Shown here in pieces: positions 51,236 to 61,650 of a stretch of DNA of 64,000 nucleotides (its first letter is position 1; the number at the start of each line of letters is the position of its first letter). Location: contig OY969811.1 in assembly GCA_963703315.1 (NCBI GenBank), positions 128,001 through 192,000 on the forward strand, read 5' to 3'. The DNA comes from an uncultured cyanobacterium. Its GTDB lineage: Bacteria > Cyanobacteriota > Cyanobacteriia > Pseudanabaenales > Pseudanabaenaceae. The notes under the pieces are model-generated. The model ran no database searches and was not told the origin of the DNA. It saw nothing but the letters and a program-made list of their open reading frames with translations. A program made the translations under genes and the position numbers.

Positions 51236-52939
51236 ATGCCAGCCAAAGTACTAGATGGACGTTACAAACTGATTAAGCAAATCGGTGCAGGCGGATTTGG
51301 GCATACATTTATTGCGAGAGATATGCGTCGTCCAGGATCGCCTCCCTGTGTCGTCAAGCAACTCAAGCCTGCTAGTGATGATCCTAACTTTATTCGTGAG
51401 GCAAGACGGCTATTTAACACTGAGGCGGAAACTCTCGAAAAGCTGGGCAGGCATGACCAAATTCCGCAATTACTCGCTTATTTTGAAGAAGATAAACAGT
51501 TCTTTTTGGTACAAGAATTTATAGAAGGGCGATCGCTGCATGAGGAACTGAAAGCACCTTCACTGGAAGTGTCAGACCTAGAAAATCAGCCACAAGATCG
51601 GATTCTTGCTGAGCTAGAAAATATTGATGAGCCAGTTAGAGATAAACAACTAAGTGAAGTTGAAGTTCTCCAGATTCTCAAAGATGTTCTTGAGGTTTTG
51701 GAATTTGTACATTCCGAAGGTGTGATTCATCGCGATATTAAACCTGATAATTTAATTCGGCGGAAGAAAGATCAAAAAATTGTGCTGATTGATTTTGGTG
51801 CAGTCCGTGCCATGCAAGACTCGAATACGCAACTAACAGCAAATGAAAAAGGGGAATCACGCTTTACAGTCACCATTGGTACACCTGGTTATATGCCCAG
51901 TGAGCAATGTGCAGGCAGACCAAATTATAGTAGTGATATTTATGCATTAGGCATGGTAGCGATTAAGGCGATCACGGGCTATGGACCTACGGATTTACCG
52001 ACTGATCCTGCTACAGGTGAACTAGTCTGGCGGGATAAAGCTAAGGTTAGTAATGGTTTAGCAATGGTTTTGACGCGCATGGTTCGTTATCACTATACGC
52101 AGCGCTATCAATCCGTTCGCGAAGTCAAACAAGGTGTGAGTACTTTTGCCACGATGACCGAAGTGGAACGACAAGCAACGACAAGCAAGCTTGCCAAAAC
52201 AATATTGACAAATCCCAAGAGCTTAGCTAGTAATAATGCTGCTGATACCTACCAGTCTAGCTCTCAAAATCGTCGATCAGTGCCTGTATCAAATTCTGCT
52301 AGTTCTAATTCAGGAGTTCTATTTCTCTTTGGAGGACTATTGGCAGTTGTGGCAGTAGTGGCTGCTTTTGCTCTGCCAGTGATGATGCGAAATAATCAAT
52401 CATCGGTCATTGTCAACAATCCACCAATTCTGACTAAACCGATTCCCCCTGAAGCTAGTCCTACCACATCTCCAACAACAACTTCCAATCAACCTGTCAA
52501 TCAGGCAATTAATTTAGAAGTGAATAAAGAGTTGACAATCCCTCAAACTATGTTTGAGAATTCTGTTCATACCTACACGATTCAAGCAAAGGCTGGGCAA
52601 GTTTTCAATACTGCGGTTACAGGTGGATTATTCATTACGGTTCTTAATGATCAGGGGCTATCTTTACCTAATGCCGCTAATGTCGCTAGTGCCAATGTAA
52701 CGATCGCTGCTGATGGCACATATACAGTGCAACTAAGAGGAACCGCAGGTAGTGCTGAAGTTCCCTATCAATTAACACTTGGGCTAAAAGATAATGCGAT
52801 CGCGCAACCGACCGCAGTTCCTAGTCAAAGTCCTGTAGCTTCTCCATTGGCATCACCAACGACAGGAACTCCACCTGCGCCAACTTCATCTCCTACAGCA
52901 ACCCCAGCACCACAAATAGAAATTAAAGTTAAAAACTAA
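51236..52939 (+). CDS. Ser/Thr protein kinase, membrane-anchored, with PPC-like extracytoplasmic domain
   Basis: IGAGGFG, HRDIKPDN, DFG, GTPGYMP; TM; HTYTIQAKAGQ...DGTYTVQL; P/T-rich linkers. Confidence 0.9.
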   Translation: MPAKVLDGRYKLIKQIGAGGFGHTFIARDMRRPGSPPCVVKQLKPASDDPNFIREARRLFNTEAETLEKLGRHDQIPQLLAYFEEDKQFFLVQEFIEGRSLHEELKAPSLEVSDLENQPQDRILAELENIDEPVRDKQLSEVEVLQILKDVLEVLEFVHSEGVIHRDIKPDNLIRRKKDQKIVLIDFGAVRAMQDSNTQLTANEKGESRFTVTIGTPGYMPSEQCAGRPNYSSDIYALGMVAIKAITGYGPTDLPTDPATGELVWRDKAKVSNGLAMVLTRMVRYHYTQRYQSVREVKQGVSTFATMTEVERQATTSKLAKTILTNPKSLASNNAADTYQSSSQNRRSVPVSNSASSNSGVLFLFGGLLAVVAVVAAFALPVMMRNNQSSVIVNNPPILTKPIPPEASPTTSPTTTSNQPVNQAINLEVNKELTIPQTMFENSVHTYTIQAKAGQVFNTAVTGGLFITVLNDQGLSLPNAANVASANVTIAADGTYTVQLRGTAGSAEVPYQLTLGLKDNAIAQPTAVPSQSPVASPLASPTTGTPPAPTSSPTATPAPQIEIKVKN

Positions 52940-52940
52940 T

Positions 52941-52991
52941 CAAAACCCAAATAGATGGCGGCGCTTCGCGCCGCCATCTATTTGGGTTTTG
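52941..52991. repeat. perfect palindrome (24-bp arms), possible terminator
   Basis: CAAAACCCAAATAGATGGCGGCGC-TTC-GCGCCGCCATCTATTTGGGTTTTG. Confidence 0.85.
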
Positions 52992-53009
52992 CTATAAGCG
53001 GGGAAAACC

Positions 53010-53831
53010 ATGAAAATATATGGCATTGATTTTACGAGCGCACCTAGCAAAACTAAGGCGATCGCCTGTGCAGAAGCGTGGCTAGAATCAGATATTTTGC
53101 AGATTGAGAAGTTCTATCGCTTTACGGATTTTCCTTCTTTTATGGAATTTCTTCAGCGATCGCCTGTTTGGATGGCAGGAGTAGACTTTCCGCTCGGACA
53201 ACCGCGTAAATTAATTGAGAATCTGCAATGGGGAGAAACTTGGGCGGAATATGTGGAACTGATAGGGCGAATGTCTAAGCAAGAATTTGTGGAAACCTTA
53301 AACCAATATCGTCAAGGTCGGGCTATTGGCGATCGCGAACACTTGCGACAAACAGATAAACTGTCGAGGGCAATCAGTCCGATGAAAGTCTATGGTGTAC
53401 CCGTAGGTAAAATGTTTTTTGAAGGCGCACCGAGAATGCTCAAAGCGGGATTTAGCATTCTGCCCTGTCATCCCACTAATGATCCCCGCACTGTGATCGA
53501 GATTTATCCTGCGCTGATCGCAAGGAGCCTCATCGGTAAACAAAGCTATAAATCTGATACTAAGCTAAAACAAACTACAGCAATGCAGCTTTTGCGCCAA
53601 GAAATCATTAATCAAGTGCGATCGCCTATATCTAAAGAAAAATATGGCTTTGGAGTCAAAATTAATGATCTACTTGCTTTGGAGTCGGTAAATGATCCTT
53701 CAGGGGATACGATTGATGCAATCCTTGCCACGATCCAAACAGCATTTGCATCTCGTCAGCCAAATTATGGGATTCCTGAAACTTGCGATCGCCTCGAAGG
53801 ATGGATTTGTGCGCCATTTTTTGATTTATAA
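53010..53831 (+). CDS. DUF429 family protein (RNase H-like fold predicted)
   Basis: IYGIDFTSAP, GVDFPLGQP, R.TD, IEIYPA, DTIDAIL, LEGWI. Confidence 0.75.
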   Translation: MKIYGIDFTSAPSKTKAIACAEAWLESDILQIEKFYRFTDFPSFMEFLQRSPVWMAGVDFPLGQPRKLIENLQWGETWAEYVELIGRMSKQEFVETLNQYRQGRAIGDREHLRQTDKLSRAISPMKVYGVPVGKMFFEGAPRMLKAGFSILPCHPTNDPRTVIEIYPALIARSLIGKQSYKSDTKLKQTTAMQLLRQEIINQVRSPISKEKYGFGVKINDLLALESVNDPSGDTIDAILATIQTAFASRQPNYGIPETCDRLEGWICAPFFDL

Positions 53832-54206
53832 ATTGGCGATCGCTTTTTGCATTAATTCTTTGATAAAAGGGACATCTTGGTGCGTCAGTTCCCACAAAGT
53901 ATTGAGATCTACTTCTAAATAGCCAAACATCAAGCTATCCCCCACACTAGTTAAGCGCCGCCAGTTAACTTGGGGATATTGATCCATAAAATTAATCGGC
54001 AAACGCTTTGCTGTAGCTCCGATCAGACCGATCGCTCTTTCCACTGCAAAAATCGTTTTTTGATCGTGACTAAACTGCAAAAAATCTATCCCCGATACAA
54101 AGGACTCCGTTGCGGCGATCGCTTCTAAAATGTCATGGATCTGCACTTCTAGTCGATGATTATTGTTCTCGATTTCCGCAGGAATACTCACTTTATCCAT
54201 ATTCAT
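53826..54206 (-). CDS. DUF86/HepT-like HEPN protein with degenerate active site
   Basis: HDILEAI, AVERAIGLIG.TAKRL, YPQVNW; GDSLMFGY in place of RNxxxHxY. Confidence 0.7.
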   Translation of the reverse strand: MNMDKVSIPAEIENNNHRLEVQIHDILEAIAATESFVSGIDFLQFSHDQKTIFAVERAIGLIGATAKRLPINFMDQYPQVNWRRLTSVGDSLMFGYLEVDLNTLWELTHQDVPFIKELMQKAIANL

Positions 54207-54263
54207 TAGCTTTTTTCCATATATTGAGATCTAGGTGCAGTACAAAGGTCTACCCCTAGTATT

Positions 54264-55064
54264 TTAGATATCTCGAAAGTTTACAATATTACCAATGACT
54301 GCGATCGCTGGTGGGGCAAAGTTACTGTTCTGCACAAGTTCTACAATATTACCCAAGCAGCCAATTAGTTCTGACTGATCAGCGCGAGTTCCCTGACGAA
54401 TTAAAGCCACAGGGGTTTTTTCAGATAAACCCGCCACCATAAGTTTAGGGACAATCTCGCCTAAATTATGCAATCCCATATATACCACAATCGTTTCCGC
54501 AGCTTGGGCGATCGCTGTCCAATTGACCTGAGGGCGATACTTTCCCGCCGACTCATGCCCTGTTACAAAAATAATCGACGAACTAAAATCACGATGGGTA
54601 AGCGGAATCCCTGCATAGGCAGGAGCCGCAATTCCTGACGTAATTCCGGGAACGACCTCCACCGCAATTCCCGCCGTCCGCAGATCGGCAAGCTCTTCCC
54701 CACCACGCCCAAAAATAAATGGATCACCCCCCTTCAAGCGCACGACAATTGCGTGATTTTTTGCTTTCTCAATTAATAACTGTGTTGTTTCCTCTTGCAA
54801 TAACGAATGATTGCCGCGCCGCTTCCCTGCATGGATTTTCTCAGCGATCGGATTAATCATTGCCAAAATTTCATCACTAACGAGGGCATCGTAAAGCACC
54901 ACATCGCAATTCTCTAATAACGCCTTGCCCTTTAGAGTCATTAACCCCGCATCACCAGGTCCTGCACCCACTAAATAAACCTTACCTAAAAAACCATCTA
55001 AGGCAGGCGGAATAACTTCTTGTAAATCTGTCTGTAAGTCTTTCTGTAAATCTGTATTTGTCAT
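54264..55064 (-). CDS. cobA: uroporphyrinogen-III C-methyltransferase
   Basis: VYLVGAGPGD, YDALV, RLKGGDPFIFGRGGEE, VPGITS, IPLTHR, YMG. Confidence 0.95.
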   Translation of the reverse strand: MTNTDLQKDLQTDLQEVIPPALDGFLGKVYLVGAGPGDAGLMTLKGKALLENCDVVLYDALVSDEILAMINPIAEKIHAGKRRGNHSLLQEETTQLLIEKAKNHAIVVRLKGGDPFIFGRGGEELADLRTAGIAVEVVPGITSGIAAPAYAGIPLTHRDFSSSIIFVTGHESAGKYRPQVNWTAIAQAAETIVVYMGLHNLGEIVPKLMVAGLSEKTPVALIRQGTRADQSELIGCLGNIVELVQNSNFAPPAIAVIGNIVNFRDI

Positions 55065-55323
55065 TCGTTATCAAAACCTTAATCAGAACCCTAGTATCTA
55101 AGCCAAATATTGCAAGGCGATCGCATCATCATTTTCCTCATGTATTCTAAAGATATGGAATGCATTGCCAAGCGCTACATTTCAGACACTGAGACGCAGC
55201 CATCTTGTCAAACCACATCAAAGAGCAATAAGAATCCTATAGAGGAACCATTCTCAGGAACCTTTATATGTTGAAAAGCCTTCTTGAGATGTAACGAGTA
55301 CAACGAATCAAAACGAGGCAGGC

Positions 55324-56526
55324 GTGAATCTTACCGACTTTACCAAAGCAAATCTTACCAAATCCAGCCTAGAAGGAATCAACCTCAAGGGAGCAGATCT
55401 CAAGCGCGTTAATCTTAGCGATGCAAAACTGGCAGGTGCAATGCTCTCTAAGGCAAACCTCACGGGTGCATTTCTTCATAAAACCGATCTCAGCCGCGCC
55501 ACTTTGGTGGAAGCAAATTTAGCTGAAGCAAATCTCACATCAGCTTACTTAATCAGTGCTGATCTGCAAAGAGCCTGCCTCAATGAAGCCTATCTAGTTG
55601 CCGCCAATCTCAATTCGGCAAATTTAACTAGTGCCTCTTTGATCAACGCCGATCTTAGTCTGGCGACTCTCACAGGAGCCTGTCTCAACGGTGCAAATCT
55701 CAGCCGCGCTAAACTAAATGGCACATTTTTTATCGAGTCCAACTTACTAGGAGCCGATCTTAGTGACTCTGATTTCACGGGCGCACTGATGATCAAGGCA
55801 AATCTCAGTGGTGCAAATCTCAGTCAAGCCTGTTTGATGAATGTCGATCTGACGGAAGCGAATCTCACAGGTGCAGAGTTACATGGAGTCGATCTTTGTG
55901 GCGCAATCTTAAATGAAGCCAATCTCAATGCAGTGGATCTCGTTCGCGCAAATCTGAGTGGTGGTTCGCTGAGTCGCGCTAATTTGGGCTGGGCAAATTT
56001 ACTGGGTGCAAACTTAGAAAAAGCAAATTTAGTTGGTTCTGATCTCAGTTGGGCAAATTTGAACGAAGCCAACTTGACGGAAGCTGACCTGAGTTGGACA
56101 AATCTGACGGGTGCATTTTTAATGAAAGCTAACCTCAGTGGCGCAAATCTCAATGGTGTAAATCTCTCGAATACCAACTTGAGCGGTGCAAATTTGAGCG
56201 GTGCAAATTTGATGGGTGCGAATTTAAGCGGTGCGGACTTAAGTAATGTGGATCTGCGCGGTGCTTACCTAATTCGGACAAATTTACATAATGCCATCCT
56301 CAACGAAGCAAATTTGACGGGTGCAAATCTCGATGAAGCTGTATTAAATGGAGCCAGTTTAAATCGGGCTAATCTCAATCGCGCTAATCTGACGAGGGCA
56401 AGCTTAACAGGCGCAAGTTTACAAGGAGCCTTTATGTTGTGGACTAATTTGAAAGGAGCTTTTATGTTGTGGACAAATTTGGACGGGGCAAATATGACAG
56501 GGGCGATTTTGCCAACGGACAAGTAA
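55324..56526 (+). CDS. pentapeptide repeat protein
   Basis: Almost entirely A(N/D)LxX repeats; GTG start. Confidence 0.9.
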   Translation: MNLTDFTKANLTKSSLEGINLKGADLKRVNLSDAKLAGAMLSKANLTGAFLHKTDLSRATLVEANLAEANLTSAYLISADLQRACLNEAYLVAANLNSANLTSASLINADLSLATLTGACLNGANLSRAKLNGTFFIESNLLGADLSDSDFTGALMIKANLSGANLSQACLMNVDLTEANLTGAELHGVDLCGAILNEANLNAVDLVRANLSGGSLSRANLGWANLLGANLEKANLVGSDLSWANLNEANLTEADLSWTNLTGAFLMKANLSGANLNGVNLSNTNLSGANLSGANLMGANLSGADLSNVDLRGAYLIRTNLHNAILNEANLTGANLDEAVLNGASLNRANLNRANLTRASLTGASLQGAFMLWTNLKGAFMLWTNLDGANMTGAILPTDK

Positions 56527-56628
56527 TACCAAAACACAAAATGGCGTAGCCATTTTGTGTTTTAAAACCTTTACTGGGTTCGGTTTTTAATTTACAAAAG
56601 TGTGGTCACACTTTCGTGAATTGGTATA
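56524..56628 (-). repeat. family C repeat (reverse orientation) overlapping the upstream TAA stop
   Basis: TAATACCAAAACACAAAATGGC-GTA-GCCATTTTGTG...AAAGTGTGGTCACACTTTCGTGAATTGGTATA. Confidence 0.88.
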
Positions 56629-56693
56629 AAAACCGCATAGAAATGGGCAAAGTCCATTCCTATGCGATCGCAAAAATATGGTGTGAAAGAGTA

Positions 56694-57563
56694 ATGAAAG
56701 CTAGAGAACTTGTTGATCGCTATAACCAAGGCTTTCGAGATTTTAGTGAAGTCGATCTCAGCCGTGAGAATCTCAGTGGTGCAAGCTTAACCGCGATCGA
56801 GCTAACTAATGCTGATTTGAGTGAAGCAAACCTGTCTTGTACTACTTTAAATGAAGCCAATTTATACGGTGCAAAGCTCAATACGACTATCCTCTATCGA
56901 GCAAGTCTGAGCGATGCAAATCTCGGTGAGGCACAGCTAAATGGTGCTAGTCTGATTAAGGCTGATTTGCATAGTGCTAGATTGGAACGGGCAAATTTAC
57001 GAGATGCGGATCTAACTGGCGCTAACCTCAATGCAGTGAGTCTTGCTAACGCTGACTTAACAGGAGCTAATTTAAGTTGTGTATCTCTGGTCGGAGCCAA
57101 CCTAGAAGGCGCAAATCTTGCTGAGGCATTTTTGAAAGGAGCAAATCTTGATGGGGCAAAATTAAACGGAGCAAATCTTCAAGGGGCAAATTTAAGTGGG
57201 GCAAGCTTTAGTGAGGCAAATCTGAGTCATGCAAATCTGAGTGCGTCTGATCTTTCTTGTGCGAATTTGTATGCAGCTAATCTTAGTGATGCTTTATTGT
57301 CAAAAGCAGACTTAAGTGGGGCAAATCTAAGTAATGCCAATCTGAATGATGCTGATCTACAGGAAGCTGACCTCAATGGTGCATTTCTAATTGACACTCA
57401 GTTAGGTAGAGCGCGTCTAGATGGCACAAATCTTAGTAAATCGAATTGCTATAAAGCTAATTTTCAAGGTGCATTTTTACTAAAAACAAATTTAAACGGA
57501 GCAAATTTGAATTGCACAAATTTCGCAGATGCTTCTGTACAGCCTGTTATACCCAGCCACTGA
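56694..57563 (+). CDS. pentapeptide repeat protein
   Basis: Typical cap MKARELVDRYNQGFRDF followed by pentapeptide repeats; the ORF-track start (56616) lies inside a repeat. Confidence 0.9.
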   Translation: MKARELVDRYNQGFRDFSEVDLSRENLSGASLTAIELTNADLSEANLSCTTLNEANLYGAKLNTTILYRASLSDANLGEAQLNGASLIKADLHSARLERANLRDADLTGANLNAVSLANADLTGANLSCVSLVGANLEGANLAEAFLKGANLDGAKLNGANLQGANLSGASFSEANLSHANLSASDLSCANLYAANLSDALLSKADLSGANLSNANLNDADLQEADLNGAFLIDTQLGRARLDGTNLSKSNCYKANFQGAFLLKTNLNGANLNCTNFADASVQPVIPSH

Positions 57564-57725
57564 GGTGAGTCAACACTTCAGTGAATAAAAACAAACCTAG
57601 TAAATTACGCCATTTGCCGTAGAAACTTGAATGGTATCGAGATACGTCTTAGTTTTAAAGAGCGATAACTAGCAAAGGCGATCGCTCAGATCAATCGCTC
57701 ACGAAACAATCAGTAGGAATGAAAC

Positions 57726-58502
57726 ATGAACGCAACTACAGAAATTACCAAAGAAATTACAGAGCATGAAGTCCCTAAGTATAAACGTATTTTATTAAAA
57801 CTCAGTGGCGAAGCGCTGATGGGCGATCGCAGTTTTGGGATTGATCCTGAAGTTGTCCAAGATATCGCTTTGCAAGTTGCCGAAATTGTCAAAGATGGCA
57901 TTGAGGTGGCGATCGTTGTCGGTGGCGGCAATATTTTTCGCGGTATTAATGGAGCCGCCAAGGGCATGGATCGAGCCACAGCCGATTACATTGGTATGAT
58001 TGCCACCGTAATGAATGCTCTTACTTTGCAAGATGCCTTAGAAAATTTAGACGACCCCATTCCCACAAGAGTCCAATCAGCGATCGCCATGCAAGAAATC
58101 GCTGAACCATATATTCGCCGTCGTGCCATTCGCCACCTTGAAAACAATCGGGTGGTTATTTTTGGCGCAGGTTCAGGTAATCCTTACTTTACAACCGATA
58201 CAACCGCAGCCTTACGGGGTGCAGAAATTAATGCTGATGTAATCCTCAAAGCTACAAAAGTTGATGGTATTTATGACAGCGATCCCAAGAAAAATCCTGA
58301 GGCAAAACGCTTTCAATCTGTCAGTTTTGACTATGCCTTAATTAACGATCTGCGGGTTATGGATGCGACAGCCTTTGCCTTGTGTAAAGAAAATGGTATC
58401 CCAATTATTGTGTTTGATCTCGGTGTCTCTGGTAACATTCGTCGCGTCGTCATGGGAGAATCGATCGGTACTTATGTTGGAGGTTCCTGTGAAGTTAACT
58501 GA
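57726..58502 (+). CDS. pyrH: UMP kinase
   Basis: [44 protein letters not shown]. Confidence 0.97.
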   Translation: MNATTEITKEITEHEVPKYKRILLKLSGEALMGDRSFGIDPEVVQDIALQVAEIVKDGIEVAIVVGGGNIFRGINGAAKGMDRATADYIGMIATVMNALTLQDALENLDDPIPTRVQSAIAMQEIAEPYIRRRAIRHLENNRVVIFGAGSGNPYFTTDTTAALRGAEINADVILKATKVDGIYDSDPKKNPEAKRFQSVSFDYALINDLRVMDATAFALCKENGIPIIVFDLGVSGNIRRVVMGESIGTYVGGSCEVN

Positions 58503-59037
58503 TGTTGAGGCGCGAATGCAGAAAGCTGTAGAAGCGACCCAGCACAATTTTAATAGTGTGCGAACGGGGCGTGCTAATGCTTCGCTATTAGATCGGATTA
58601 CGGTGGAATATTACGGTGCGGAGACGCATCTCAAGGCATTGGCAAATATTTCTTCGCCTGATGCTACCACTTTGCAAATTCAACCTTTTGATCGCAGCTC
58701 GATGCGGGCGATCGAAAAGGCAATTTCGGAGTCAGATATTGGGTTAACCCCTAATAATGATGGCGTAAGTATTCGTCTCAATATTCCACCTTTGACTACC
58801 GATCGCCGTAAAGAGTTGGTAAAAATGGTTTCCAAACTTGCAGAAGAGGGCAAGGTTGCCGTGCGTAATGTGCGTCGTGATGCGATCGATTCGCTTCGCA
58901 AGCTAGAGAAGGCAAAGGAAATTTCGGAAGATGATTCTAAAAGTCAGCAAGAGCAAGTGGATAAGCTAACGGAAAAGTTCATTAAAAATATCGATAAGGT
59001 AACAGCCGAAAAAGAAAAAGAAATTTCCACAATTTAA
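58489..59037 (+). CDS. frr: ribosome recycling factor
   Basis: GTG start after GGAGG; RTGRAN.SLLD, PNNDG..IRL.IP.LT.DRRKEL, RNVRRD; overlaps pyrH by 14 nt. Confidence 0.97.
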   Translation: MKLTDVEARMQKAVEATQHNFNSVRTGRANASLLDRITVEYYGAETHLKALANISSPDATTLQIQPFDRSSMRAIEKAISESDIGLTPNNDGVSIRLNIPPLTTDRRKELVKMVSKLAEEGKVAVRNVRRDAIDSLRKLEKAKEISEDDSKSQQEQVDKLTEKFIKNIDKVTAEKEKEISTI

Positions 59038-59076
59038 AATAAAAGGCGGCGCATAGCGCCGCCTTTTATTTTAAAT
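59032..59076 (+). terminator. hairpin/terminator after frr
   Basis: 21-bp perfect arms around ATA, including the frr stop, with a T-rich 3' arm. Confidence 0.7.
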
Positions 59077-59101
59077 ATGTAAAAAAGAGGTAATTGTTCA
59101 G

Positions 59102-59446
59102 ATGGAAAATTTAGAGAAAATCCACAACTACCGCAACATTATCAAACAAATTCTTAGCCAACACGCATCTCATAAACCCTCGCATGGCGAAATTGAAATG
59201 CAAACTTTATTTGATACTGAACAGGATCGTTATCAAGTATTAGCAATTGGTTGGAATAACGAAAAACGGATCTATGGCTGCTCGATGCACCTTGACATTA
59301 AGGCAGGAAAAATCTGGATTCAAGCCAACAATACAGAAATTGATATTGCTGAAGCTTTAGTTGCTCAAGGAGTGCCTAAAGAAGATATCGTAATTGGCTT
59401 ACAACCTGCTTATCTAAGGCAATATACAGGATATGCGATCGCATAA
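59102..59446 (+). CDS. XisI family protein
   Basis: FDTEQDRYQV..GW...RIYG..HLDIK.GKIWIQ.N.TE..IAE.LV..GVPKEDIV.G. Confidence 0.9.
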   Translation: MENLEKIHNYRNIIKQILSQHASHKPSHGEIEMQTLFDTEQDRYQVLAIGWNNEKRIYGCSMHLDIKAGKIWIQANNTEIDIAEALVAQGVPKEDIVIGLQPAYLRQYTGYAIA

Positions 59447-59495
59447 ATGTTATGGCTAAAATAGATGAAGTATATGCAAAAGAGGATGTCCAAAA

Positions 59496-60275
59496 ATGCC
59501 CTCCCCCTTTCCTGGAATGAATCCTTATCTAGAAAATCCTGAACTATGGTCGGCTGTACATAGTCGATTAATTGTGGCGATCGCTGATGCCCTCGCTGAC
59601 ACCCTTAGCCTAGACTATCGTATTGAAATCGAAAAGCGCACTTATTGGAGCGATGAAACGGGAGACGATCTACTAATTGGGATACCAGACGTTTCTTTGC
59701 TTAGTCGAAGTAAAACAAGCAACGAAAAAAATAGTGCAACCGCAGTTGCTGATCGAACAGCGATCGCCCCAATTCGTGTTCTCTTACCAACATACGAGGA
59801 AATTAGCGAACGCTATCTAGAAATTCGTGAAGTCCAAACGGGAAAAGTGATCACTGCGATCGAGATACTTTCTCCTAAAAACAAAAAGACAGGTGAGGGA
59901 CGTGAAGCTTATCTCCGCAAAAGAAGGCGAGTTTTACAAACCCAAACTCATTTTATTGAAATTGATCTCTTAAGAATTAATCCATCCTTTTTACAAGGAC
60001 AACTTCCTGCGTCTGATTATCATATTTTGGTCAGTCGCAGTCACGAGCGTCCTGCTGCTGATTTACATGCTTTTTCAATTCGCGATCGCATTCCTAATTT
60101 TCCTATTCCTCTACGCTTAGGCGAACCAGAACCTACACTAGATCTGCAAATTTTAGTGGATCAAGTTTATCAGCGCGGACGTTATGACCTAGCGATCGAC
60201 TATTCTCAACCCACACAACCACGTTTAAATAGTGAAGATGAACTTTGGGCAAGCAGCTTAATCAAAAATGGCTAA
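59496..60275 (+). CDS. DUF4058 family protein
   Basis: MPSPFPGMNPYLE.P.LW..VH; IEILSPKNK; IEIDLLR; IDYS. Confidence 0.88.
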   Translation: MPSPFPGMNPYLENPELWSAVHSRLIVAIADALADTLSLDYRIEIEKRTYWSDETGDDLLIGIPDVSLLSRSKTSNEKNSATAVADRTAIAPIRVLLPTYEEISERYLEIREVQTGKVITAIEILSPKNKKTGEGREAYLRKRRRVLQTQTHFIEIDLLRINPSFLQGQLPASDYHILVSRSHERPAADLHAFSIRDRIPNFPIPLRLGEPEPTLDLQILVDQVYQRGRYDLAIDYSQPTQPRLNSEDELWASSLIKNG

Positions 60276-60303
60276 ATATTTTTAAAGTTGCTTTCCCCAA
60301 TTG

Positions 60304-61503
60304 CTATGACTGTAAATCAGGTGGCGCAAAATCAAAGGGCAATTCGTTGTTAATTGCTTGAATTTGTTTTGCTTCGTAGGCATTTACCTCATTAATATAA
60401 GGAACCAGAATTTGCTTAAGCCGATCGCGATAAAAGCGATGCAAACTATAATTTGGGGTTGCAGGAAAACCGCGCCGTTTTTTATGTTGTCCCCCTGCCC
60501 CTGGGTCAAAGCGCTTAATTCCTTGAGCGATCGCCCATTCGATCGGTTTGTAATAACAAGCATTAAAGTGCAAACAATCAATTTCCTGAACGCATCCCCA
60601 ATAGCGTCCAAATAACTGATCATCCTTACGAATACAAAATGACATTCCCACAGGTTGCGGATAATCTTCGATTTCACCAGCCACAAATACAAGGCGATCG
60701 CGGAAACTATGGGCTAAATGTTCAAAAAACTTGCGATTGAGATATTTACTTCCACCCCAAAATTTATTGCAATGATCGTTATATAGCTCGTACATATAGC
60801 CATAGAAATAATGGGGAATCTCTTCACCCGTATAAACCCGCATTGTGATACCCGTGCTTTCGACCGACTTGCGCTCTCGCTTAATATTGCGGCGTTGATT
60901 GGCATTGAAATTTTTGAGGTAATCATCAAAATCCGTAAACTCTTGATTTTCCCAAACATAACTATGGTGCATCCAAGTTGTGAAGCCCCGCGACTCCAAC
61001 TCATGTTTCCAACTGGGATCAACATATAAGAAATTACAGCCCGACATCTGATAGCGATCACAAAGTTTGTCAATCTCCGCCAACATCAAATCATAGATTT
61101 TTGATAACTCATCAGGACTATCACTCAGATCAGGATGCACCAAAAAACGATAGCCCACCGCAGGCGTAAAGGGAGCCATCCCCAATAACTTCGGATAATA
61201 CTCAATCCCCAACCGATAGGACAAATCCGCCCATTGATGGTCAAACACAAACTCCCCTTGGCTATGTCCCTTAATGTACAAAGGCGCAGCCGCCACCAAT
61301 ACATCCCCTTGCCAGACCAATAAATGACTAGGTAGCCACCCCTGCTGCGCGATCGCACAGCCTGAAGACTCTAAATTCGAGAGCCACTCCCATTCAAAAA
61401 AAGGAGTCGCCAAAGGTTTTGCGAGAATATTCCATACTTCAGCCTTGACCTTATTAACTGTATCCACCCAAGTCGTCGTATAGCGAGAAGCCTGTTGCAA
61501 CAT
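60304..61503 (-). CDS. FemAB-like GNAT protein (DUF482 family)
   Basis: PFFEWEWL, KGHSQGEFVFDHQWA, PFTPAVG, LFGRYWG, LHFNACYY, FDPGAGGQHK.RRGF. Confidence 0.88.
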   Translation of the reverse strand: MLQQASRYTTTWVDTVNKVKAEVWNILAKPLATPFFEWEWLSNLESSGCAIAQQGWLPSHLLVWQGDVLVAAAPLYIKGHSQGEFVFDHQWADLSYRLGIEYYPKLLGMAPFTPAVGYRFLVHPDLSDSPDELSKIYDLMLAEIDKLCDRYQMSGCNFLYVDPSWKHELESRGFTTWMHHSYVWENQEFTDFDDYLKNFNANQRRNIKRERKSVESTGITMRVYTGEEIPHYFYGYMYELYNDHCNKFWGGSKYLNRKFFEHLAHSFRDRLVFVAGEIEDYPQPVGMSFCIRKDDQLFGRYWGCVQEIDCLHFNACYYKPIEWAIAQGIKRFDPGAGGQHKKRRGFPATPNYSLHRFYRDRLKQILVPYINEVNAYEAKQIQAINNELPFDFAPPDLQS

Positions 61504-61650
61504 AGTAAAAGTCTTGGCAGTATTAAGTAAAATTGCTCAGTGTATATAGTTTAACAAATGCTAATGCCTAAAGTCATAACCACATCTTTATACTGTTTTC
61601 TATTTTGATGCTTTCAATTCTTGCATTTTTTAGATTGGTTTTGATAGGAC

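Noticed and set aside
55324..57563. 15-bp periodicity and a 30-bp near-duplication (GAFMLWTNL twice)
   Set aside because: Explained by pentapeptide-repeat coding.
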